DNA of 64,000 nt, taken from Lingula anatina (taxonomy: Eukaryota; Animalia; Brachiopoda). A program made the position numbers and the translations under genes. The notes below the pieces were generated by a model. It was given only the letters and a program-made list of their open reading frames with translations, did no database searches and was not told the DNA's origin. This document shows positions 51,101 to 64,000 of this stretch, in pieces (the stretch's first letter is position 1; each line of letters begins with the position of its first letter). The stretch covers positions 22,754,001-22,818,000 of the forward strand of contig CM120642.1 of NCBI GenBank assembly GCA_051362555.1, read 5' to 3'.

Positions 51101-52766
51101 TTGACCTTACCAGTCACTTGTTAGCAATGAACACTCAGGTTTTCGAAAATATTAAGGAATGCAATTGCAGGAATGTTCTTCATTTGCAATGAGAAACTGC
51201 ATCCACATTGTTTGTTTTTAAACCACTATTGGCAAGAGCGGTCCGACGGCACAGTCCTCTGTTTAACAATGTCGTTTTGGTCTCTTTTTCACCCCTGTGG
51301 AAACTATGAGATCTCATGCCAATCTGCAATTTTGATTGTCGTTGTCAGAAAATGGTTAATGTAGCTGTCACTACAAAATAGGCAGTGAATCCAGCGTGCT
51401 CACTGGAGCATCAAAATAATGGCTAAAAATGAACACTGTGCCCATGGGGAAATATTTCACCTTCCCCTATAACAATACAAACACGTGTAGTAACATTTCA
51501 GAGGTTAAAGCATTAAAAGCACATTTTTAAATGTAACGCATATATCATATTTTTGTTTGGAAAGGCGGTGGCCATAAAAGTAAAACATTTCGCTTATTCA
51601 TACAAAGAACGGGAATGGACAAGCCCAGCTACATAACAAAAATTACTTTCTTGATAAAGAATGAGTATACTTGTCAAAATAAACGGACTCCTATAATGGA
51701 AACAATGGAGCACAGTATCATTTATATATGTGACAGTTTGAGAATGTTTGCCTTTTGAACTCTGCGTTAATAAAGACACTGAATATTTTTTCTGTAAGAG
51801 CAACATATTTGTGGTTTCGCTCGAGGTATTGTTAAATGAACCGTCTCAAAACACGTTAATTACAAAGGTACAATTGTATATTAAAAAGGAATACACTGCC
51901 CCTTTTAAGAAAGCGGCAAATATCTTCCCTATTTCAGACCAAATTATACGTTTAGGCTGCTAGGTTAATTGCGAATGCCGCCTTGCTTTGGGCTCATTTC
52001 AGCGATAAACATCACAGAGATTTATTAGGAATCGTTCAGGTACCCCGTATTTAAAGTCTTGGACGCGTTTTAAGATGCCTTGTCTTTATTGTTTAGCTAT
52101 TGCATTTATCTTTCCAACTTGGAATTAAAAAGTTGAGAGGTATTCCATCTCACCCCTTCTTATTACGAACTCTGTGTTTATCTTAATTTGTGATCTGAGA
52201 CACGCGCTGACCATATTATCTTCCATGCGGTAACTTTTGTTACTACCTGTCTGCTACGTGATTTGACGAACAGAGACGTTTTGTTCTCCATGAAAGGGAG
52301 ACCGATAAAGTCAGCACCACATCAATGTAAGAAATATGAATAATGATAATGGGTGTTCGCCACGCTAAAATTTGGGGTTGTCCACGTATTTGAGAATGCT
52401 ACTGTATATACATTATTTAAAATCAGGAAAAGATAGCTTCAGTAGAAACATGGCCTCAGTATTTTATTTAAGTTTAAAAGATAATTTAAAAGTATTTTAC
52501 TGGGCTTCGAAACACTGTTGCAAGTGATCAAGTTTACTTTGACCTTAGAGCCTACCGGCAGCTGGGTTAAGCCATGGGATATTTGTCCAAGGTTATACAG
52601 GGAGTCTATTCAAAAACATAAAAATTACTCCACAATTTAACTTTGAAGTTTCTCGCATGTTTAGGTCTATAGTGCGTGTCTTTACTAGTCATATTAAGCA
52701 TAACTCACTTCTATTTTGCACGCGAGTATCAATGACAGGCAAAAAAAGTCAAGGAAGAAAACGTGT

Positions 52767-52797
<31 letters not shown>

Positions 52798-53766
52798 CCG
52801 GGATATTGTGGGTAATCTATACCGTAGATAAGAAAAGAGCAGTGTTTGCGGCGTACCGTTTATTTTGTTACAAAACCATGATGATATGTAAGATATTCTT
52901 ATAATGAAAAAAAAAAAAAAAAAAAAAAAAACAGCACACCTAAGTCTATTTTTTTTCTGGTCGATGAAAGGCAAGGCGACTGGTCGCTGTGATGAATTTG
53001 TAATGCGGATCCCCGCTGGATGTCCTTAGTATGAGGCCCTAGCGCCTGAGCTATAGATATCGGACCCAGCAGCAGCCCAGTCAGTCATTTGGCGTCATAA
53101 AGACGTCTTGGTGTCGTATCCACCTGTAGCCGTCTAGCAAAAAACCCCATAAACGTTAATCCACACCCTCACAGAATGCCCACATTACGAACTATTTCGA
53201 TTTAAACTATCCCACAATGTACACAGACCTTCCATACTTTTTAAATGTTCTTATTTTAAGAAGAAAAATTCATTGATTTTATGACATGTGCAGGAGATTA
53301 TATTATCATTGCGCCTTATCCCGTCGTCTTAGGTGCGTTTTTTGAGCACTGTCACGTGGTGAGTTGAAAATAAATATGACCGTCACCGGCCAAATTTAGA
53401 ACATCATACTTTTTTATTCTTTTTTGATGCTTTATAGATGCTTAGTGTGTGAACGAGAATATATAAAAATATTAAGGCGCCTTGATGAAATATTTCTAAA
53501 CCTATGGAAATCGTCTCGGTATGATCTAACGCGTTTTGTGTACCAACACTACGACGACCCTATGATAACTAATTTTCTAACGTCTCCGCTACGGAGTGCT
53601 GGTATACCGTTTTCATGACGGAATTTCAAATGTCTGAAAAGCGCCTTTTCATAAAGGCCAATGAAGGTTAATACCTTGCTGTCGTGACTGAATGGGGAGT
53701 CGTTGTTTGGGCTATGAAATATTTTTGGAATTCAAACACACTATTTTCTACGTATCCAGGGTTGCA

Positions 53767-53827
<61 letters not shown>
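53767..53827. repeat. (TAT)n microsatellite
   Basis: About 20 units seen directly. Confidence 0.92.
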
Positions 53828-54184
53828 TGTGCTGGGCAGCTGGGTTGAATTGGTGCGTATTGCTTACACGGAACGACCTCATACCAGTATATAATACATT
53901 GTACATGTACCTCGATGCATCAGGGCGCCTAGCAAACTGTACAATAGCCATGATAGATAGATAAAATTATAAAACTAAGGAAGTTTAAGGTGAGCGCTAT
54001 TCTCTGTGTCCGGTTTGGCCAGTTTAACTGAACTTTACATTGTTTTCATAAATTTGACTCGTTATTGCAGGAAAAAGATGTTGCATTGCCACAAAATTCT
54101 CACTTTCTTTAACAGTCTTGCAGCTTCTGCGTAGCACCAACATCTAACTTATTGTAGAAATTTTACTATTTGTCCCTTGTACAG

Positions 54185-56962
54185 TTCAAGGATAATAGTT
54201 CTTTCTTTTCCAAATGTGCACTATAGTAGATGGCCAGGAGAGGCATACAGGTACATTAAGTAGCTACAATACGGAGGAAGAGTGGTGTAGTGCCACATTT
54301 TACAACCAATCGCATTTTGCCACCGGCTGCAAAGCGCGTGCTCTCTGGGACAACCAGTCCAGTCCAGTCCAGTCCAGCCCAGGCCACTATAATTTTCTAA
54401 GGACCCTTGCACTTCCCCGATGAAAGGTTTATCAATCCCAAAGTTTCAAAGTCATTGTACTAACCCCACCTTTATTTTTAATAACAAAAACAGTGACTTA
54501 GATAAAAACCTGGTTGCAAAATGAGTTTGGTTGCAAAATGCAGCTCTAGAGTGGCTATTAATTTGCTCCGTATGCGATGCATGGCCTTTAAATATCAACA
54601 ACGCTCCGATATGCCTAATGCTTATATATCTTACATACCTTTCAGAATGATTGTGTTTACACCGCCGGGAAAATGCGCTGGAAACTTGTCCCTATCAACG
54701 GGTCCCATATGGTTGGAAGAGCCGACGTCTTGTCAGGCACTGGGTGGCGTTCTAGAAGGAAAAGCGGAGAGCGGAGAAACTCGCGGACGGACCCTTTGTT
54801 GGATGTCCTTCTGTGAAACTATACGAATTCCCGGAAATGCAGTTTTGCCATCCGCTCCGGGAACTTGCACTTTTGAAACAAAACTTGGTTCAGCGATATT
54901 TAACATGCAAGCTGGCACTTGTATCACGCTGGCTGGGCACATTGTACGGACGACGACCTATACCGTAACAAGTTACGTCAACTGCAGGTAAGCATCAGAT
55001 GAGCTTCATGAACTACCTCCCTTCTTTGACCATAATGAGTTTTTGTCTGCCTGCAAGTTCTTCTGTCTGGTTTATTATTTGTCTTATGTTTTTTCTGTCT
55101 GTTTATTTGTTTGCTTGTGTATATATTTCTGAACTTCAGCTTTGTAACTGTCTTAATTTGCATGGGAATTCAAATGAATGGAGACATATGTTCACTCCAG
55201 GTTTGATCTCTGCAGAGCAAGCAGAGACAATACTCTGCAATACACCTTCCGTCCAATGAATAACGAGTCTTGTGCGGGACTATCCCCAGATCACGTGAAC
55301 TTGATGCCTGAAGTGCGATTGGCCACTGTGCCGGGAACATGTGACGTAATGGGAGGAAGTGACGCTGGCGTGACTTTCTATAACAAAATAAATTGCCTGT
55401 TTGATTGGTGCCAAATTTCAGAAGGCAGTGAGTGAAATAGTTCATTTTGTTGGATTTTCTATATTAACACTTTTTTAAAAAAGGACGAAGCAAAATACTT
55501 AAATAATAACGTATGTTTCGATATACTAGTAGCAGCACCGGCTTTGCATGTATGGTCAAATCGTATTAAGAAGTTAGGCATTTGGCCGAAAAAAATATAA
55601 TCGTTTTAAGAGAAGTTATAAAATCATTTTATTCAACAATATCTTATAGTAAAATTTTCTCTTTTAGTTTTAATTGCTTTTCATCAGTTTTAAATAAGTT
55701 GTAGTAAATTTAACTTTGTTTTTACGTACTTGTCATAATATATTTCTACGTGTAACAGCGCTGGGACGTGTGTAGCGAAGTTTTAAGAAATAAATAATTA
55801 GCAAATGTATAAAATATCCATTTTAACGGTTATATATAGCAATTTTTTGCGTAGATACCAAATCTTTCACAACAAGTCCAAAGACAAGACTGTCTTTTAT
55901 TTGAAAATGAGTGAGAAAGCATTCCATTCTTGTTTTGTTAAAAACTGTTAATATCTTTCTGGGAATACATTTTCTAGGCGATGCAGAGATCAATCTGGAT
56001 AAGGCTTACATGCTCAGGAAGTTTGGTGACAGGCGTTGTGCCACACCGCGGAACCGAATATATCTCCGGTATTCAAATGGAGCCGATGCCGCCGGGGAAT
56101 GCAGATCATTAGGAGGGCTTTATATACAAGGTGTAAACATATCTCAGTGTGTCCTTTACCTTTGTAAAGAAGACGATCTTGATAAAAAGGACACAAGACG
56201 CTTTGTGTTTAGTGAAATCGACGGCTGTCCGCCCAATACGTACTTCAGTAGAGCCAGCATATGGGCGTCGTCAGCCGAGTGCCGCTCCCTCAGAGGTGTC
56301 CCAGAAACTGAGAAGTCAACGCAACTCGTACTATGTACTGTAGATATATGTCAGGCTGTTCTATATAATGGAAGGCAGTTTGTTCCACTACCTGCTAATT
56401 CATGTCCAGAGACGTCACTAAGAGCACGGGCTGCGCTGGGCACAGAAGCATCGCGTTGTAGGAGTTTAGGCGGAGAGAGTGAGGGAACTGTGAAAGACAC
56501 ATCCCTCAGGATCTGCTCGTTACAAATATGTCCATGGATACCCTTCGGTAAGTGAAATAATTACAACTGGGTCGTGAAATGAGTGCGTTTTTTAGCATTG
56601 TAACACATCTTTAAATTTTCAATCCTATCTTGCATCTTTTTGAACTGATATAGGTGTTGGTTTGAATTCTGTTTCAATTGTATATTATACAGTCTGTTAA
56701 CTTCCTGAATCATTTTTTCTGTCTTATAGATCTTATATTTTGTCGGCATTCACACAACACCAGTGCATCGAATCCTACAGGAAAGCTGTCCTGTCTTCCA
56801 TGCGATGCCAACGGAGAGTTTTATGAAGACCCAGCGCTCTGCAGCCGCTACTATGTGTGTGACGGCAACAGAATACAGGACGTGGCAATGCCGTGTGCGC
56901 CGGGGACTGCATGGAATCAGACGACAAAGACTTGTGACCATTTAAGGAATGTAAGATGCTAA
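54185..56962 (+). CDS. Cys-rich extracellular-type protein: six ~55-aa 4-Cys repeats plus a C-terminal CBM14 (peritrophin-A/ChtBD2) chitin-binding domain; 5' end unresolved
   Basis: Exons 54646-54987, 55201-55427, 55978-56547 and 56730-56962 join in phase, with a probable upstream exon at ~54185-54250. The last exon CDANGEFYEDPALCSRYYVCDGNRIQDVAMPCAPGTAWNQTTKTCDHLRNVRC has the 6-Cys CBM14 pattern. Confidence 0.85.
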
Positions 56963-58876
56963 ATCTGTTAGACTTGATAATCATACCTCCTTTATATTTT
57001 TTAAAGATATTGTTTTGAAACACTAAATCACGATGACGTAAAAAGTTTCATGTGTTGTTCAACTGTTGTCAAACCTGAGTGTCGATTATATTAAGAAGAA
57101 GCCTCAGGTGTGCAGTACCGTAGTGTTTCGTTCATTTGTTCATAATTTGTTTGTGATTACACTGTAAATAAATGTACATGTAGGTGTACTTATTTCATTT
57201 AAAATTAATGTTACACTACTGTATATATAAATGTATATCATTTTAGATATGAAGAGAATTTAATATATTCAGAACACATATAAGTTCTTCCATATTGATA
57301 AAATGTATATTATAAATGTGATGTATTTTGTAATTTTAATTTTTGCATTTTAATATTTGAGAACTCCCCCCCAACCTTCTACCATCACTCTAGCGCATAC
57401 CATCGTACATTTGGATTACCAAAAAATGATAATGATAATGATAATGATTAATATGATAAATGATAAAACCAAAGGTCTCAGGTTGTTAAATGTCGGCAGT
57501 TGTTATAAATGTAACTTCCAGTAGCAAAGTTATACATATTTATCATCCTTATTCTACTGGATGCCTAACAGCATTCATCCATTCAAGAAAGGATAATACA
57601 ATACATTTGTATGTAACGTAACGAAATAACGGTATTCTCTAGATGGGGTGATAGGAATGATTTCAAAATATTTGACAGAGAAGAGAAAGAGAACAAGAAA
57701 GCTTTGAATGTTATCAAAATTTTAAAAAGCATTTCAAAAGGACAGGCTGTCGCATCTAACACAATGAGTCACTGTTACCCTCTCACGTCAGTATTTACCA
57801 AATAAAACGTTTGTGCAGTCCTGGTGTTGGTTTCATTGAATTCTCGGTTTTCTAATAAATTCAGTCTCTTTAAACTATGGATAAACTCTAGTAGATAAAC
57901 AGTTAATGAATGTGTTGATTAGATGAATGAGTTTAATTAAGTATAATTGTTATTTCTCTAGCTGTGTTAGATCTGCTTATAGAATCACGCGACAGCCTTT
58001 CCGCTAGTTAGGCACACATTTTCTGCCTTCATTACTTACTGCACGTTTAGTTTTCTGCTTTACTTTCTTGCGTGTGTTTCCTTTTTCTCTCTCTCTGATT
58101 TTATAGTTGTTTTGAAAATTTTCATTTTTCGCCTAAGTCCCTTCAAAGAGTGTTTGAATTTGTGTATGTTTGATGGATACATGTAATATTTCTACAGTAT
58201 GTCTTTAAAAAAATAATCATAATAAATGTTTTTTGTTTATATCTTTCGTAACACATTTTATCTTTAAAAAAAACTTTTTGGTATTAACTGTATTTGGGTG
58301 CAGTGTTGGCACGTACAATATTTCGTGGTTATTTATTTTTTTCATAGTCACAGTAGTGTCATACTCTTAATCGTTGTCATTCGATTACCACTAACAGTAA
58401 ATAGGGCGTCTTGATGAAGCCAAGTGTCGTTTTTTATTTTGATTCGCAATTGCTTCGTTTTTACTTGGTTATCGACAGAAGAGGTGGTCTTAAATTTGAT
58501 GATGATGATGGAAACGACTCTCACGTGGTGAACTCAAAGGATAGCCGATTCATTGACTATTACTGTCATTGAAGTCGGGTAACGAAATTAATTAAACGTT
58601 GCTTACTAAAACGTATTTGTCCAATATTTTTGGGTTTTGAGAATAGAACAGGCGATGCATATATTGCTTTTGTCTTTCGGAGTTAAAAAAAAACACTGCC
58701 TGTTCACATGTTTTATAGTTTCATAACTAACAAAGGCCTTATGTTTCAAACACGGCACATTATCAGCCATGTACATGCCAGTAGATTAATTACAAAAATC
58801 TGTTTTAATTCCGACACAACAATTCCCCCGCATTTCCTGTACTTATTTTTATTTACCGATATAAACTCGGAGGCTT

Positions 58877-59104
58877 GTTCACAATGAATTTTGTCGACCT
58901 AACTAATGAGCATAAACTCCATGGGGAGTATCGCTGAATGCAATCAGGTAAACAGATGTACCAAGTGTACTCCTATAATCACCAGATTTTCTTTATTCTA
59001 CTCAACGCCAAGGGGGCGTGTTAGCTTGTTAATCTGATTGCATTCAGCGAGGGTCCCAGTTACGTTTGTGCTCATTATCTAGGTCGACGAAGTACATTGT
59101 AAAC
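58877..59104. mobile_element. Fold-back MITE-like element, ~230 bp with long imperfect inverted arms
   Basis: GTTCACAATG..GTCGACCTA..TAATGAGCATAAAC..TCGCTGAATGCAATCAG on the left mirrors CTGATTGCATTCAGCGA..GTTTGTGCTCATTA..TAGGTCGAC..CATTGTAAAC on the right. Confidence 0.75.
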
Positions 59105-59524
59105 GGTCCCTTAAAGAGGCATTAACTCCCTCATCTCCGTTAATAATTACAATAACAACTAGAAAAGAGAGCGCAGCCTCCGCCAAGATAAATAATTAAG
59201 TAATAATTAATTAATTCTCTAGCTGTGGCGTCTCTTCTTGACAGAGATAACAAATCATACTTTTACTCATCACCAGTAGTTTAACACGTTATGCCTTCCT
59301 TTAAATTGCAAATCAATCTGCTTTCAGGTTTTGCATAAATGCATGTTTTTACATGACTGATGAATCAAAAAGTACCAGTAATTGGAGTCGATCCTTATAA
59401 CATTCGTTCAGTAGAAGGCCCATTTCAGACCTAAGGCGCCCTTAACATTGATCATGTGCTCCAGAAAAAGAAGGCTGTTGTTTCAAAGATGGTATTGCTT
59501 AATTACAGATAAAGTTATAAATTA

Positions 59525-61582
59525 TCATTTTCGATCACACCGATGACAAATATAGAGACCCAAGAGAACGACACATGCCAGAAATATCATGGCATAAACA
59601 ATGATAATCTGCACAAATGCAAACATGTACACAGTCTCGTCGCACCAGTTGCCAGGTTCCATTATAACTTGTTCAAACCGAGGTTTCCATATTCCATAAA
59701 CCCACACATTGCCCAGTATGAACCAGACGAATAAGAACAAGGTCAGTATGCCCTCTGTAAATTTAGATGACCGCGACATGACTGGGTCCTCCATTTCGTC
59801 ATCTTCGGCCTCGTACATTTGGTCCATTCTCTCCAGGCGCCTGGCTTTATGTTGTTTCCATATCAGAGCTAATAGTTTCAGAACACCGAAGCAGCCACCA
59901 ACTAGTAGGTATATGGGGATTTTAGGTTGTTTTGGACATTCTTGAAGGTATTGAACGCCTGAAAAAAAGGTACCATTATTTCTGCTGACTAGAAGTTATG
60001 TGGTTTTGGGTACGCACGTACGTCAAGTCAGGGGACGCGATCTTCTCATCAATAATTCCTTGAGAGTGGTCCTTGCAGGAGGTGGATCTCCACTTCATTT
60101 TTCAAACCCAGGTTAGGAACAGGTATTTGGTATATCTAATTAGTAGTATGGAGTCGAGTTATCAGGTAACTACAGGGAAATCTCTTTCAAGACATTTTGT
60201 CGTCCGAAGTTATTTGAAATAATTTAACAGTAATACACCGTATTTCATTTTTAGTTCTTAATCAAGGACCAGATACTACCACATGCAGAGTAAATCTAAT
60301 GTCAAACCGTAAAATACGTTTATCAAATGCGCAAAGAAGTTTTAGAAAAGTGTTTAAAGAGCATTTCATTGCACAACCGTCCTCTCTCGTAGATTGTACT
60401 TACCTATACATATCATGGCCAGGGGTAATCCCATGCACAGTCCACACACAACTGTCACTGCAACTGTGGAAGAAGTGTGAGAATAGAAAAGATCAAAGCA
60501 GCAAGTGTCTAGCGCAGATATAGAGTCGAGGATGCAGTCGCCAATTCTGATTTTTACACCTGGGTCTTGCAACGCCCTTTTAAGGCGTTCCGTTCGACTC
60601 AAGGTTTCAGCGCCTGTGATCTCTTCACGAGGAGGGTGACTAGGTCTTCGAAAACTGCCCCGAAAGCTGTCCCGAAAACTCCCTCTGTGTATAGAATTAT
60701 AGTGCATATTGTCGATGTGAAGATTCAGTTGTAGACAGCTTTTATGCCTTTCTTCCAGGATTGTTTTGATTTCATTGAATTCTCTTTGAAAGATTTTCTC
60801 TAGGGTGCGTGCCATTAAAGCCGCTTAACTTGAGCTGTGCACGTCGTAATAAGCTTCAATCCAGTAGCTATGGGTCGAAATTACATAACTTTATGCACGT
60901 AATCTCAATTATGAACCTGTTTCATTCGTTTTGGCTCGCAGATGCACCGTACACGTTCAATTTTGAATGCGGTAAGTTTTATGTTGTTTAATTCATATTC
61001 AGATAGAAGTGGTCTTGACACGTGGGTAAACTAAACACAATCAAATGTGTTATCGACATATTGATAGCCGAAGTGATGCAAAATGCGAATAAGCAAAAGA
61101 AGTGACTCTTTAAAAAAGAATAATCATTTTTATGCGCGATTTTTTACACGTACATGTACTTTTAACGCTCTCGAAAAGCTTTAAATCCCAAAGGTTCATA
61201 AATGGTGAAATGCTGTAGCTGAGATAAGTTTTGCAGAGAATAATCCTTGGGTACTACAAGTGTCAAAACAGACCTCACCCGGTAAACATAAATACCGACA
61301 AAAATACCATCATTTAACTTATACCATATTTTTAATTTGTGATCAGAATTAATATTAAAAATTTAGTATTAAAATGTTGCATGAGACAGCCTACAATTAT
61401 TCAGATTCAAGATGATTTCAGGAACGCTTACCTGAATTACAAACAATATCTCCTGTTCTACTTATGAATTCCAAATAAGTGGCTGAATCTTCACGTGCTT
61501 CTATGAACTGTGACGTCACTGAGCCGTAACCAGCACTGGTCCCTGCCGCAGCCCTTAACTTCTGGCTGCCAAGGTCGTCTGT
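59525..61582 (-). CDS. TMEM272: TMEM272-like four-pass membrane protein; upstream start exon not located
   Basis: Exons 61582-61432, 60463-60404 and 59958-59525 join in phase. Motifs LPLAMICIGVQYLQECPKQPKIPIYLLVGGCFG and LFLFVWFILGNVWVY...NWCDETVYMFAF match the TMEM272 family pattern. Confidence 0.88.
60404..60815 (-). CDS. Candidate alternative first coding exon of the TMEM272-like gene (long cytoplasmic N-terminus read directly into TM1)
   Basis: An ATG at 60815 opens a stop-free frame (MARTLEKIFQREF...) that runs in frame through the 60463 acceptor into the TM1 exon. Confidence 0.55.
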
Positions 61583-64000
61583 CTGCGGAAAGAACGAATT
61601 AACTTTGAAAATATGGAATTGTATTGTCTTCAATACAGCAACTTGTCATTTTCTTCTTTCGCGACAAACGTTAACAAAAGAAGTCCTTAAAATTATTTGC
61701 TAAGACTTCATGGAACGCCTTTATCGCAGGTATATTCTTTTTAAGCGGATTTTCTTAGCTCAATACAGAAAGGGTAAGAGCCGTGTCAATATTATCATCC
61801 ATAAGATGCGGAATTAAATAAGTCTTTTAAGCAGTGAAACAAAAATCAATAAATGCTGGGTATAAAGACGACAACAGCAGTTTGTACAAATGTTATCACG
61901 GTTTTTCATAATTATTGCCATAGGAAACAGTTGCGTAATGTTTATTATGCATATGCAGTTGTACATGTATAAGCTCCGTCGATTTTAAACGTAAGTTGAA
62001 CTGTCCCGGTAGCACTAAAACTTCTGAACTGTCCACGGGTATTAGGTCCATAGTGGAACTCTGGCCAGAGATAGTCCTTGGTGACTTCGCCTGCCATCTA
62101 CGTCACTTAAAATAGGCTTCAAAAACAAAATAATGCAATAAATTACGACAGAGCATGAAATGGGATATAGGGGTTTAATGGAAGACGATTGCTTGGCATT
62201 GGATATAAAACGGTTTGACTGGCTACGAGTCCGTGTCGTCTCTGTCGACAAAGGTCTGTCTGTGTGCAAGGCAGACAACTTTCATTTTTGATGATCTGAC
62301 TGAATTGTGCGAAATTTTGTGGTGCTGACAAAATTTCAAGAGTAGATCATCTGTTCACGCATTTTGTGTTTTAACATATTAAAACCGCCATGGCAAAGCA
62401 TGTAGCCTGCTTCAAAACGAAGTCAAAATGAGACTAGTTTCAATTTAAACAGCAACAAGAATGCATTTAACTAGAAACAAAAGTCTTAAAAAAGAATACA
62501 CAGTATATGAATATACCTTAAAGGTAGATTGTTCACACTAGGAGCGCTATAGGCCTAGTGATAAAATCATGTTTATTTCAATCTCTAAAAATAAACGATC
62601 GATCTCAATTTGGCAGAAGTTATTACAACATGCATTGCCCTTTAAATTAATGAGATCGAGGCCCTAGTTCGGAGAGTGAGAATGCAATATGCCACTGCCT
62701 GGATAGGAGAAACAATATCACAATGGAAACAGTGAGGTTCGCACTGGAGGCTGTTTTTCCCTGGTGCCAATTGCATAATGAACGTGAAGCGACCGTGTCG
62801 ATCTTTCATAGATAATCGATACCTACTCTTACCAACACAGCAAAATGTATTTTTCTTATCATGCCCCACACTTGACCCGACTTTCTGTGACTGCGCGGGC
62901 GAAAATTATTTTTTAGCCTCAGCAATTTTGTCGTTTGGGAATATTGATTCATGGAAACTCTTTCTGGTACACTTTGATTTGTCTATGGTGGTCTGCTTGA
63001 CCTTTACCATAACGTGGAAGCAATTATTACGCTTTGTTGTATCATATTATCTGGAAAGGGCCCACATGCATCGGCTAATATCAGTTCTTGATAACACTGA
63101 ATACACGAAAGAAGAAATAACAGCCAATTGCTTCAACTAGATTGTGTCTAAAATAACCTAACCAATTTACGTTGAATTTTATTGAAGTGCGTGACTGCAT
63201 TGAGTGCTTTGCTCATATAATCCTTGTTGGTTATGCGGAAATGATCAAACTGATTTCATTAGATTTATTTTTAGTAATTCAATTTCTACCTTTTTTCTAT
63301 TTTCTCTCGAAATGTGTTTCTGATATGATGAATTGATCATCTAGCTCACTGAATGTATGAAGTAATACATAAATGTCATCAACAATAAAAACATAAGAAT
63401 AGCAAAGTTATATATACACAGGTTATCGTTTGTGTGATTTTGTTTGGTTAGAAGAGCAGTGAACAAGATCCAGCACCCAGTGCAAACCGTCAGACAGCTC
63501 TAACCCCCAATACAAGCGTTATCCCAATACATGCATGCAGAATCTAGTGACAATCTGCAGGTAATGTGAAGCTGCAGTTCAAAGCTTGGGAAGGCAAGCC
63601 ATCTATAATTGGTCTACTGTTTATTTTCTGGGTACATTTTTAATAAGATTCGTTTGATTTTTTTTATGATAAGCTGTTTAACCGGGAGGTACCTTTTTTC
63701 TGTTGGAGCACTCCTTTAAGCCATTTGCTATTAGACACTAAGTTAATATAGTCATTCCAATATCAAAATATATTTATGTGACGTATTTTCTAATAGAAAT
63801 CCCAACTTTAATACAAGGTTTATAAAATATACATGAAATCGTACAGCTAAAATACAAACGAAATCCCCAAAAATAACCGTGATAAAAGAAGGTTTTGAAA
63901 AATTCAAGGTGTTGCTCAAATTATGAACCTCAGTGTATGTGCAGGTCCCGCGGTGTAAAGCTATACTGTGCGTGTCATTGAGGTGTTACTGATGTGTTCC

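Noticed and set aside
62042-63140. Short ORFs at the right end, considered as the TMEM272 start exon or a new gene
   Set aside because: No recognisable motifs and no ATG-plus-donor combination that I could confidently place in phase 0 with the 61582 acceptor.
1-64000. Prokaryotic systems (CRISPR arrays, operons, rRNA/tRNA genes)
   Set aside because: The window is spliced eukaryotic DNA. I saw no repeat-spacer array, rRNA or convincing tRNA.

Overview
AT-rich, intron-containing animal genomic DNA. The gene content and repeats suggest a marine invertebrate, probably a lophotrochozoan, but this is an inference. I assembled gene models by hand from GT-AG junctions and checked exon phase. In order: first coding exon of a GAB/DOS PH-domain adaptor (-, 360-440), head-to-head with a complete 14-exon calpain-15/SOL gene (+, 760-11019); a 3-exon ~625-aa coiled-coil gene (+, 16675-19018); a complete 14-exon TRPC3/6/7-like channel (-, 23560-38640), whose 3.7-kb intron 8 hosts an antisense nested locus of three abutting ORFs (27299-28922); a 6-exon DEG/ENaC (ASIC-like) channel (-, 40740-46163); a Cys-rich protein with six copies of an unrecognised 4-Cys repeat plus a C-terminal CBM14 chitin-binding domain (+, ~54185-56962); and a TMEM272-like gene (-, 59525-61582+) with a possible alternative long first exon. 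Several MITE-like inverted-repeat elements and microsatellites are also present. The best candidates for novelty are the nested, possibly polycistronic locus, the 4-Cys-repeat/CBM14 protein, and tandem SUMO-interacting motifs among the calpain-15 zinc fingers.
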